64,000 nucleotides of DNA. Source: an uncultured Solirubrobacterales bacterium (GTDB lineage Bacteria > Actinomycetota > Thermoleophilia > Solirubrobacterales > 70-9). This document shows positions 40,799 to 49,058 of the stretch, piece by piece. How positions within the stretch are numbered: position 1 is the stretch's first letter; each line of letters begins with the position of its first letter. Below the pieces are notes generated by a model. It did not search any database. It was not told where the DNA came from and saw only the letters and a program-made list of their open reading frames with translations. The position numbers and the translations under genes are program-made. The stretch lies in contig CAVOKZ010000020.1 in NCBI GenBank assembly GCA_963696625.1, positions 6,165 to 70,164 of the forward strand, given 5' to 3'.

Positions 40799-41565
40799 GA
40801 ATACCCGTCCCAGGCGAGCAGCTCGGGCAGCGGATCAAATGGCGCGCCGCCCGCGTACCAGCCCGGTGCGGCCCAGTGCTCGAAATGAAGGTGGCAGCCG
40901 CTCGCGTCCCCGGTGTGGCCGACCTGGCCGATCTGCTGCCCGGCGCTGACGCGCAGGCCCGGCCAGGTCCACGAGGGGCGGCGAAAATGCGCGTACATGG
41001 TGTCGGTGCCGTCGGCGCCGCGAAGCACGACGTAGTTGCCGGCTCCCGACCCCTGGTAGGCGCGTATGCGGATCACCGCGCTCGTGACGGCGACCACCGC
41101 CGATCCGCAGGCGGCAAAGATGTCCTGCCCCTGGTGGATGTGACCGCTGCGCGGCGCGCCGAAGCGGTTGCCGGGACCGCCGAGGCTGTGTGCCCCTGGT
41201 GCCGGGAAGACGTAGGGCGAGGCCGCCGCGGAAGCGCGCCGCCGCGCGCGCTTGCCGTTTGCCCGGGAGCCGATCAACCGCCCCTGCCAGCGCTGAACCT
41301 TGCCGTCGGCCCGCCAGTGCCAGCGCCGCTCGAGCGAACGCACGTGCTGCGCGGTCGCGCGGCCATAGTGTCCGTCAGCCGCGGTTCTGACGCCGAGAAC
41401 CGAGATGCCTCTTTGCAGCGCGCGAACGTCGGGGCCCCGCATGCCTTTCTTCAGTGTGCGAGTGCCGAGCTTGGCGGCGTCCACCCCGGGGGGTGCGACC
41501 AAGCCCACCGCGGCGACCATCACCAGCGTGACCGACAGCCCCAGGGCCCGGATGCGAGGCTTCAT
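40795..41565 (-). CDS. M23-family metallopeptidase with peptidoglycan-binding domain
   Basis: GMRGPDVRALQRGISVLG (PG_binding_1-like); HIHQGQDIFA...YAHF...GHTGDASGCHLHFE. Confidence 0.85.
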   Translation of the reverse strand: MKPRIRALGLSVTLVMVAAVGLVAPPGVDAAKLGTRTLKKGMRGPDVRALQRGISVLGVRTAADGHYGRATAQHVRSLERRWHWRADGKVQRWQGRLIGSRANGKRARRRASAAASPYVFPAPGAHSLGGPGNRFGAPRSGHIHQGQDIFAACGSAVVAVTSAVIRIRAYQGSGAGNYVVLRGADGTDTMYAHFRRPSWTWPGLRVSAGQQIGQVGHTGDASGCHLHFEHWAAPGWYAGGAPFDPLPELLAWDGYS

Positions 41566-42161
41566 CGAGCGACCCCAGAGCGAATGCGGGCGACGCCGCG
41601 CCGGATCATGCCGAGCTGCGCGGCGAGGGCTCGGGTCAGGTCCCACCTGTAGCCGCGGGTATAGGGACCGCGGTCGATGACCTGGGCGGGAACCCAGTGT
41701 CCGTGAAACGCGAAGACGACCCGCGTCCCGCACGGCAGGCGCCGATGCGCCACCCCTACGGTCGCCGGCGTCAGCACGACGCCGCAGGCGGTCCTACGGC
41801 CCCAGAGGCCGGGTCCGTACCACGTCGACATCGCCCGCGGCATTCGGCGGGCGATCGCCTTTCGTGTCTGTCTATCGGCGACTCCATCGGCGTGCAGTCC
41901 GGCGCTCGCCTGCAGCGAACGCACGGCGGAGTCGGTCGGGGGCTCGAAGCTCACCGTAGGCGGGACGGGCAGCGCCTCGGCGCGTAGGAGCCAGTTGAGC
42001 GTCTGCACGTCGCTCCCCTGGTCGCCGAGGCGCAGGTCGCGCGCGCCGAGCGGATAGTCGTAATAGGACGCAGCTTCGGCGCCGTCTCCGGGCGCGAAGC
42101 CGGCGCCGGCGGCGATCGCCAAGACCGCCGCGAGCGTGCCAACCATGGTTCGCTTGTTCAC
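41562..42161 (-). CDS. secreted RlpA-like (double-psi beta-barrel) protein with peptidoglycan-binding domain
   Basis: GDQGSDVQTLNWLL...; STWYGPGLWGRRTACGVVLTP...VAHRRLPCGTRVVF...VIDRGPY. Confidence 0.8.
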   Translation of the reverse strand: MNKRTMVGTLAAVLAIAAGAGFAPGDGAEAASYYDYPLGARDLRLGDQGSDVQTLNWLLRAEALPVPPTVSFEPPTDSAVRSLQASAGLHADGVADRQTRKAIARRMPRAMSTWYGPGLWGRRTACGVVLTPATVGVAHRRLPCGTRVVFAFHGHWVPAQVIDRGPYTRGYRWDLTRALAAQLGMIRRGVARIRSGVAR

Positions 42162-42179
42162 CGATTACCTCTCTCTTGT

Positions 42180-42385
42180 CGCGCCTCCGGGGTTAGCTGT
42201 CGGGTTCACGCGGAAGAGAGTCGCGTTACGCCGCAGGTCGCGGCGATTCACCCCAGGAACTCGGGTCCCCCGGCCGCCGGTCCATTGAGAGACCGGCGGT
42301 TCGGCTAGGTCTGTTGTTCTGGCACCAACAACCAGCGAGCGCGAAGGTCGCGGAGGGTTGTCCGGATGCTGACAAACCGGGGACG
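42180..42385 (-). promoter_or_regulatory. ydaO/yuaA-type (cyclic-di-AMP) riboswitch-like leader
   Basis: RNA sense contains GGGGGACCCGAG...GGGGTGAATCGCC...CCCGACAGCTAACCCCGG just upstream of the RlpA-like start. This context (cell-wall hydrolase operon in an actinobacterium) is typical for the class. Confidence 0.6.
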
Positions 42386-42425
42386 CCGTTCGGAACAAGC
42401 CCCCAGGGCCGCTGTTGCTGGTGAT

Positions 42426-43154
42426 GTGAACACATTGTCTCTCTCGCCCGGCCGCGCCGCCGCGACCGCGCTCCTCACCGTGGCTACGTCTCTCTCGTTG
42501 ATGGTCGCTTCACCGAGCGATTCAGCCGCATCAAAGGTGAAGGTGCTCGGCGCGGCGGCGCCGGCTGGGGCCAGCTGCCCCGCGGACTGCCTCGTCGAGG
42601 CGCGCGTCACGGGCTTCCAGACCTCCATCGGCGGACGCCGTAATCCGTTCGTCGTACCGGCGGCGGGCCGCATCGTCGCCTGGTCGATCAAACTGGGGCG
42701 GCCGCTCCACGACGACACCGCCTATTTCAACCGGCGCTTCGGTCGATCTCGTGCGCGGATCTCAGTGCTGCGGCCGACGAAGGTCCGACGCCCGGGGCAC
42801 CGGGCAAAGGTGCGCTACAGGCTCCTGCGCCAGAGCCCGACCGTCGGCCTGCGGCCGTTCTTCGGGACGACGATCACCTTCGCGCTGCCACGGGCGCTGA
42901 AGGCCAAGAAGCGCGACGTCGTCGGCTTGACACTGCCCACGTGGGCGCCGGTCTTTTCGACCGGAGATCTTCGTCGAGATAGCTGGCGCGCGAGCCGCGC
43001 ACCGACGGTTGGACGCGGGCCGTGCGCGCGCAAGGGCGGCCAAGCGAATCTCGAAGCCGGAGGTCCCCAAGAGCAGGTGGGTGCTACCCAGCGATACGGA
43101 TGCTCGTATCGGGGCGCCCGCCTGCTCTACTCCGCACGCTTCGTAGGCCGCTGA
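42426..43154 (+). CDS. secreted hypothetical protein
   Basis: GTG 42426 gives VNTLSLSPGRAAATALLTVATSLSLMVASPSDSAAS signal-like N-terminus. The earlier start would overlap the riboswitch. Confidence 0.55.
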   Translation: MNTLSLSPGRAAATALLTVATSLSLMVASPSDSAASKVKVLGAAAPAGASCPADCLVEARVTGFQTSIGGRRNPFVVPAAGRIVAWSIKLGRPLHDDTAYFNRRFGRSRARISVLRPTKVRRPGHRAKVRYRLLRQSPTVGLRPFFGTTITFALPRALKAKKRDVVGLTLPTWAPVFSTGDLRRDSWRASRAPTVGRGPCARKGGQANLEAGGPQEQVGATQRYGCSYRGARLLYSARFVGR

Positions 43155-43161
43155 GAGCGGA

Positions 43162-43734
43162 TCAGTAGCCGACGAAGTGCCGCTGCCGGTAGCCGCGGCC
43201 CGGCCTCTGAGTTTGCCGCCAGCGGGGACCGGAGCCGCGGTTGAGCGACTCGCCGACGGCCGAGGTGTCCCAGCGCAGCCCGGCGATGACAGCGAAGGCG
43301 TGGCCCCGGTTTGCGTAGACCGTGATCCACTCGCCCCGGCCGGGGACGCCCCAACGCCCAAGCGAGCCCGAGGCCATCGGCACCTTCAGCATGCGGGCTT
43401 TGTGGAGCACGAAGCTGACCGCGCCCGAGCAGTCGTACCCTGTGTCGCGAAACCTGCGTCGGTGGCCGCCGCCCCACTTGTACGGGAGCGTTCGGATCCG
43501 GTTGGCCGCGTTGATGGCCCGGCGGACCGCAGGTGGCGCATCGGGCGGGGCGATGGCGGAGCCGTCGGCGGCCAGAGTCGCGAGCCCCGGCGTTCCCGAG
43601 GTCGGAGCGGGCGTGCCGGCTATGACCGTTCCGCCGGTCTGAGCTGAAGCGGAAGCTGCCCCACCGATGAGCGCGATCGCGGTGACGATGCCAAGGATCG
43701 GCGCGCGGGTAAACCTAGGATGGGTGCTCGACAA
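43162..43734 (-). CDS. NlpC/P60-family peptidoglycan endopeptidase
   Basis: LPYKWGGGH...GYDCSGAVSFVL...; signal peptide present. Confidence 0.85.
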   Translation of the reverse strand: MSSTHPRFTRAPILGIVTAIALIGGAASASAQTGGTVIAGTPAPTSGTPGLATLAADGSAIAPPDAPPAVRRAINAANRIRTLPYKWGGGHRRRFRDTGYDCSGAVSFVLHKARMLKVPMASGSLGRWGVPGRGEWITVYANRGHAFAVIAGLRWDTSAVGESLNRGSGPRWRQTQRPGRGYRQRHFVGY

Positions 43735-43744
43735 GCTGGCCTCC

Positions 43745-43965
43745 TTCGTGGACCTACGGGGTTAGCTGTCGGGCTGGCGCTAAAGGAGCCTGCGCCCCCA
43801 CTTCGTGGGTTTGCCCCAAAAACCTGGTTCCCCCGTTCCCGTCCTCTGATGGACGGGACTCGGCGTGCGCGCAAGCTAGCAAGGGGGTGGGACCGCGAGG
43901 CCCTGGTATGGGTACATAGAAGCCCAATCCCAGCCGGGATGTCAGAGTGCTGACAAACCTGGCCC
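43745..43965 (-). promoter_or_regulatory. ydaO/yuaA-type (cyclic-di-AMP) riboswitch-like leader, second copy
   Basis: RNA sense: GGTTTGTCAGCA...GGGGGAACCAGG...TTGGGGCAAACCC...CCCGACAGCTAACCCCGTAGG, directly upstream of the NlpC/P60 gene. Shares the 5' GGTTTGTCAGCA and the 3' box with 42180-42385. Confidence 0.6.
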
Positions 43966-43976
43966 AGAGTTGGCGA

Positions 43977-44135
43977 CCGTGTCCTGAACGTGTCCCGAAA
44001 TCCCGGAATCGGGGCGCACCTGAGACCACCTCACAGGCTCAAACCGCGCCCAGGCTGACCTTGGCCGACACGCTCGGGCGCAACTCATATTCGCCACGCG
44101 TTGGTTCGAATCCAACCCGGCCCATGAAAGCCTGT
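43977..44135 (+). repeat. tRNA-Met 3'-half repeat unit C (tRNA fragment 44084-44124)
   Basis: CCGTGTCCTGAACGTGTCCCGAAATCCCGG ...105 nt... CTCATATTCGCCACGCGTTGGTTCGAATCCAACCCGGCCCA TGAAAGCCT. Collinear with unit B at the same spacing. Confidence 0.8.
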
Positions 44136-44140
44136 TCCAG

Positions 44141-45200
44141 GTGACACACGGGGCGGAGGATCTGCCGCGGGAGTTCCAGCCGCGAGGCCTGCGTCATCGC
44201 GCGCTGCAGGCGCTCGTGGCTCTCGGCTTGCTCGTCGTGGTCTTCCTGCTCGCCCCGGGGCTCGGCGACGTGCGCGACCTCCTGGTGAAAGCAAGTCCGG
44301 GATGGCTGATCGTCGCGACCATGCTCGAGGCTCTCTCCTTCGTCTCGTACGTCGTCATGTTCGCTCCTATCTTCTGCACCGGGCTGAGTCGACGGCGGAT
44401 CTGGCAGATCCTCGGGCTCGGAGCTCGCGATGGGCTCCCTGCTCCCCACGAGCGGGGCGGGAGGGTTGGCGCTCGGGGCGTGGGTTCTCAATCGCGTCGG
44501 AATGGACGGGAAGCGGATAGCCCGACGCTCCGTCGCGTTCTTCCTGATCAAGAGCGGCGTGAACTTCGCGGCGGTCGCGGTTCTGGGCGCGGCACTGGCG
44601 GTTGGCCTGCTCGGCCCCAATCTGTCGCCTTGGCTGACCGCGTTGCCCGCCGCATTGGCGGCGCTCACGATCGTCGCCGTTGGAGTGCTCCCACGCCTTG
44701 GGCCGGGCGAGCCTCCTGAGCCGGGCGCATCGCGGCTGCGCCGGGGAACCAGCGCAACGCGCCTGGCCCTGATCGACGGCACGAGCGAGGCGCGGCAGAT
44801 CGTGCGGTCAGGGCATGCCGGCGTGATCGCGGGGGCGGTGGGTTATTGGGCCTTCGACAGCGCGGTGCTCTGGGCGGCGTTCCACGCGTTTGGCGCCTCA
44901 CCGCCGCTGACCCTGATCCTCAGGGGCTACCTGATCGGCCAACTCGGGGGCCTGCTTCCCATTCCGGGCGGAATCGGCGGCATCGACCTCGGGCTGATCG
45001 GCACGCTGATCGTCTACGGAGCCCCCGCCGCGGCGGTCCTCACCTATCGGATCATCCTCTTCTGGCTGCCGCTGCTCGCCGGTGGCGTCGCCTTCAACGG
45101 CTTGCGCCGCGACATGCCAAGCGCCCAGGAGTTCGCGGCCTGCCAACCCGCGATAGCCGGCCAATCAGGTCGGCTCGCTGTCTCGACCGCGCCTCCCTAG
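44141..45200 (+). CDS. UPF0104/lysylphosphatidylglycerol-synthase-TM-region-like (flippase-like) membrane protein; apparent 1-nt insertion near 44410-44425
   Basis: Two overlapping ORFs: ...SFVSYVVMFAPIFCTGLSRRRIWQI and ELAMGSLLPTSGAGGLALGAWVL...GQLGGLLPIPGGIGGIDLGLIG. Length 1060 = 3n+1. Confidence 0.7.
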
Positions 45201-46615
45201 GCGGCGACCAGTGCCAGGGAGCCTTGCCCGGCCTCGGCCGTAGCCCGCGCGAGCTCATAGGCCTCGATGAACTTCAGCCACAGCTCGCTGCGGGTCGGGA
45301 ACGGCGCCACGGCGTGGGCGAGCGTCGCGATGGGGACCTGGCCGGCGATTGCGATCGTCGCCGCGTGCAGCAGATCGGCGACATCGGGCCCAACGAAGGT
45401 GACGCCGACCAGGACCTCCGCTTCGGTGTCGACCACGAATCGCGTCGTACCGGGGGCGCCGCGGCCGTGGAACGCCCCTCCGGCGGTGCCCGAAGTGGGC
45501 AGGTCGATCGCCTCGGCGTCGATCCCGGCGTCGTGCGCCGACTCCAGGGTGTGGCCTACGGCCGCGATCTGGGGGTCGGTGAAGACCACCCGCGGGGCCG
45601 TCGGCCCGTCGGCTGTGGCGGCAACGTCGGCGCCGAGAATGTGGTCGGCAGCGACGCGCGCCTGATACTTGCCGGAGTGGGTGAGGAGCGAGCGGCCGTT
45701 GACGTCGCCGACCGCGTAGAGCCAGGACGCACCGTCAACCCGTAGCTGATCGTCAACCTCGAGGTAACCGCCGGGCTCGATGCCCACGGTCTCGAGGCCC
45801 AGCTCGGAGGTCAGCGGCTTGCGCCCGACCGCAACCAGCAAGCGGTCTCCGAGGACGGCCTCGCCGTTATCGAGCCGGACGGTGATCTCCTCGCCCTCGC
45901 GGCTGACCTCGGTCGCGCGGGCGCCGGTACGAACTTCAATGCCCTCGCGCTCGAGCTCGACGCGAAGCTCCTCGCCGGCAAAGGGCTCCTCGCGGGCCAG
46001 GATCTGGTCCGCGGCTTCGATCACGGTGACCTCGGATCCGAGCGAGGACCAGGCCTGGGCCATCTCGACGCCGATCACGCCGCCGCCGAGGACGAGCAGC
46101 CGCTCGGGGACCTCGGTTGCGTTGGTGATCTCGCGGTTCGACCAGGCGCCGGCCTCGGCGAGCCCCGGGATCGGCGGCATCGCCGCTCCGGTTCCGACGG
46201 CGACCACGACTGCCTCTCGTGCGATCAAGAGGTCCTCGCCTACCCGCACCCGGCGCTCGCCTTCGAGGCGGGCGTGGCCGCGGATCAGCTCGATGCCGCG
46301 CTGCTCGAGCCAGGGAACTTGGTGGTCGTCGCGAAGCCCGCCGACGATTGCGTCGCGGCGCTTGAGCACGGCCCGCACGTCGATCTCACCGCTGACGGCC
46401 TGTGCGGCGCCCGGCACGCGGGCGGCCTCGCGCAGGACCTCGGCGGCGCGCAGCAGCGCCTTGGAGGGCATGCAGCCGTAGAAGGAGCACTCGCCCCCGA
46501 CCAGCTCTCGCTCGACGATGGCAACGCTCTTCTCACCGTGCTCGGCGAGGCGGCCGGCGAGGATCTCTCCGGCGGGGCCCGCTCCGATTACGATCGCATC
46601 GAATTCCCTGTTCAT
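45197..46615 (-). CDS. pyridine nucleotide-disulfide oxidoreductase (dihydrolipoamide dehydrogenase family)
   Basis: FDAIVIGAGPAGE, redox-active GGECSFYGCMPSK, second Rossmann LVLGGGVIGVEMA, C-terminal dimerisation HAHPT-like region. Confidence 0.85.
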   Translation of the reverse strand: MNREFDAIVIGAGPAGEILAGRLAEHGEKSVAIVERELVGGECSFYGCMPSKALLRAAEVLREAARVPGAAQAVSGEIDVRAVLKRRDAIVGGLRDDHQVPWLEQRGIELIRGHARLEGERRVRVGEDLLIAREAVVVAVGTGAAMPPIPGLAEAGAWSNREITNATEVPERLLVLGGGVIGVEMAQAWSSLGSEVTVIEAADQILAREEPFAGEELRVELEREGIEVRTGARATEVSREGEEITVRLDNGEAVLGDRLLVAVGRKPLTSELGLETVGIEPGGYLEVDDQLRVDGASWLYAVGDVNGRSLLTHSGKYQARVAADHILGADVAATADGPTAPRVVFTDPQIAAVGHTLESAHDAGIDAEAIDLPTSGTAGGAFHGRGAPGTTRFVVDTEAEVLVGVTFVGPDVADLLHAATIAIAGQVPIATLAHAVAPFPTRSELWLKFIEAYELARATAEAGQGSLALVAA

Positions 46616-46774
46616 CTCGTTGGCTCCATTCAGTTGGTGGCTTCGGGCCCCGGTTCTCCTGGGGCATGAGTTGGAGCGCGCGAGGGCCGGAAAGGATTCG
46701 CGAGCCGGCCCGAATCGTTTCGGCGCCGGGCGGCATCAGATGGGTGTCAAGGCAACCAGCGATAGGAGCACACT

Positions 46775-47056
46775 ATGAGGGCGATCTTGAACGACGTGGT
46801 ACTCGCCGAGAGCGACGACACGATCTATCTCGAGGGCAACCACTACTTCCCTCCCGACAGCGTCGACGACCGCTACTTGCAGCGCAGCGCGTTACGCACC
46901 CTCTGCCCCTGGAAGGGGATCGCCAGCTACTACACGATCGAGGCCGGGGGACGCGAAAGCCGGAACGCCGCCTGGACCTATCGCCACCCATACCCTTGGA
47001 TCCGGAAGATCCGCGGCCACGTCGCCTTCTGGGACGGGGTCGAGATCAGGGATTAA
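46775..47056 (+). CDS. DUF427-domain protein
   Basis: VLAESDDTIYLEGNHYFPPDSV...CPWKGIASYYTIE...AAWTYRHPYP. Confidence 0.8.
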   Translation: MRAILNDVVLAESDDTIYLEGNHYFPPDSVDDRYLQRSALRTLCPWKGIASYYTIEAGGRESRNAAWTYRHPYPWIRKIRGHVAFWDGVEIRD

Positions 47057-47168
47057 GGCGCGGTCGGCCGAATGTCCGCGAGCAGGTCAGCCCGCCCGAC
47101 GCGAATCCGAGGTACTGGGCGGGGGCGAGCCGATTCTTCCGGCGCGGCGAGCAGGTTACGCTGAGGCG

Positions 47169-47720
47169 ATGCCGACACCCCCAGCACTGGCCGAGATCGA
47201 GGTCCAGACCGCCGAGGGAGCAACGATCCGTCTCGGAAGTCTGGTGGACCGTCCCACCATCCTCGTGATCCCTCGCTACTACGGCTGCCTGCCGTGCCGC
47301 GACTATCTGCGCCAGGTGTCGGCGGGCCTCGACCAGGTCGAGGACGCCGGCGGCGCAGCCATCGGAGTCTCGGTCGGCGCCGCACACCAGGCGCGCTGGC
47401 TGATCGAGGAGAAGGGAATCCGCTTCCCGCTGCTCGTCGATCCGGAGCGTCGCGTCTACGACGCCCTCGACCTGCCACGCAAGTGGTGGGTTGGCCTCAA
47501 CCCGCGCGGCTGGTGGAACTACGCACGTGCGATCGCCCGTGGCAACCGGCAGGGAAAGATCATCGAGCCCAACCAGCTCCCCGGGCTTGCACTCCTCGAC
47601 GCCGACGCCGACGCCGTCTGGATCCACCGCGGGCGGGCGCTTGGCGACTACCCGAAGCTGGATGTGGTGATGGACCGACTCGAGTCATTGACCAGCACCG
47701 GGAAGCTCCCTGGCGATTAG
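47169..47720 (+). CDS. AhpC/TSA-like (peroxiredoxin-like) thioredoxin-fold protein
   Basis: PTILVIPRYYGCLPCRDYL...IRFPLLVDPERRVYDAL. Confidence 0.75.
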   Translation: MPTPPALAEIEVQTAEGATIRLGSLVDRPTILVIPRYYGCLPCRDYLRQVSAGLDQVEDAGGAAIGVSVGAAHQARWLIEEKGIRFPLLVDPERRVYDALDLPRKWWVGLNPRGWWNYARAIARGNRQGKIIEPNQLPGLALLDADADAVWIHRGRALGDYPKLDVVMDRLESLTSTGKLPGD

Positions 47721-47762
47721 GCGACGGTCACCGATTGGCGCTCACCCGGGCTGCCTGATCCG

Positions 47763-47996
47763 TTAGCCCCGAGGCTGATCTGCCGGGGTGGGCTGGCTGT
47801 CCAGGGCTTGGAGCCCGCCGACGGTGCGCTCCAGGTCCTTGAGCATCCGCCGGCAGTTGGGACACCATCGCGCGTGCCGGGCGACCTGGGTCGCGCTGCG
47901 CTCGTCGAGCTCGCCGTCGATAAGGTCCGACATCTTCGCGCGGGTGTCGCGACACATCTGGTGGTAGGCCTTCATCGGGTTGAGCGTCGGTGTCAT
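47763..47996 (-). CDS. zinc-binding anti-sigma factor (ZAS, RsrA-like)
   Basis: HARWCPNCRRM gives HxxxCxxC plus an upstream Cys; the start overlaps the sigma gene stop. Confidence 0.8.
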   Translation of the reverse strand: MTPTLNPMKAYHQMCRDTRAKMSDLIDGELDERSATQVARHARWCPNCRRMLKDLERTVGGLQALDSQPTPADQPRG

Positions 47997-48598
47997 CCGT
48001 ATCCCTCCTCGAAGTAGTGATCCAGCTTTGAGCGGAGCGCCATCCGGCCCCGGTGAAGCCGGCTCTTCAGGGCTCGCTCTCCGATTTCCAGAATCTCCGC
48101 CGCCTCCGTGGTACTCAGTCCTTCGACGTCGCGGAGAGTTACCGCGCTGCGGTAGTCGAGCGGAAGCTCGGCCAGGGCTGCGTCGATCGCCTCGAGGAAC
48201 TCCCGCGACTCGAAGACTCGGTCGGGCTGGCTGCCCCAGTCGGGAACGCGCTCGGCCACCAGGTCGTTGAGTTCGAGCGGCGCTTCGGGGCCACGGCGGA
48301 TGCCCCGATAGGCCTCGTTGATCCCGATCCGGGTCAGCCAGGTGTAGAAGCGCGAGCGCCCTTCGAAGCGGCCGATGTTCTTCCAGGCACGGATCAACGC
48401 CTCCTGGACGGCGTCATAAGCGGCGTCGCAGTCCCGGGTTATCCGGAACAGCGTGCGTCGCAGGCGCGTCGAGTAGCGGTCCGCGAGCTGGTTGAACGCG
48501 GCTTCGTCGCCCTCCCGAGCGCGGGAGACAAGCCGTTCCTCGCTTTGACGCGTGTCAACGATTAGGACGTTTCGTGGGGCAAGGGTCGTCTGGTGCAT
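47993..48598 (-). CDS. ECF-type RNA polymerase sigma factor
   Basis: Region 2 YDAVQEALIRAWKNIGRFEGRSRFYTWLTRIGINEA; region 4 LPLDYRSAVTLRDVEGLSTTEAAEILEIGERALKSRLHRGR. Confidence 0.9.
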   Translation of the reverse strand: MHQTTLAPRNVLIVDTRQSEERLVSRAREGDEAAFNQLADRYSTRLRRTLFRITRDCDAAYDAVQEALIRAWKNIGRFEGRSRFYTWLTRIGINEAYRGIRRGPEAPLELNDLVAERVPDWGSQPDRVFESREFLEAIDAALAELPLDYRSAVTLRDVEGLSTTEAAEILEIGERALKSRLHRGRMALRSKLDHYFEEGYG

Positions 48599-48716
48599 CT
48601 TTGCCGATAAGACCGAGCCGGCGTCGGAATGGATTCAGGCAATTTGAAGAGTTGCGAATCCTTTGCGGCGCACGGGCGGTCTGATCGGCGAGCAACTCAA
48701 CCAGAAAGGCGAGAAG

Positions 48717-49058
48717 ATGAGCGAAGCAATCACCCTCACCCAAGGCAATTTCAAGCAGGAAGTGACCGATTCCGAGGTGCCCGTGCTGGTCGACTACTGG
48801 GCAGCCTGGTGCGGCCCGTGTCGGGTGCTCGGCCCCGTCGTCGACGAGATCGCGCGCGAGCATGCGGGATCGCTGAAGGTCGGCAAGGTCGACGTCGACG
48901 CCGAGCCCGAGCTCGCGGCGAGCGCCGGCGCGCTCAGCATCCCTTACGTCGTGCTCTACCGCGACGGCGAGCCGGTGGCGCGGGCGGTCGGCGCGATGCC
49001 GAGAAAGAGCCTCGAGGCCGCACTCGGGCTCGTCCACGAGCTCGATCAGGCCGCGTAG
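48717..49058 (+). CDS. trxA: thioredoxin
   Basis: PVLVDYWAAWCGPCRVLGP (WCGPC); 113 aa from ATG 48717. Confidence 0.92.
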   Translation: MSEAITLTQGNFKQEVTDSEVPVLVDYWAAWCGPCRVLGPVVDEIAREHAGSLKVGKVDVDAEPELAASAGALSIPYVVLYRDGEPVARAVGAMPRKSLEAALGLVHELDQAA

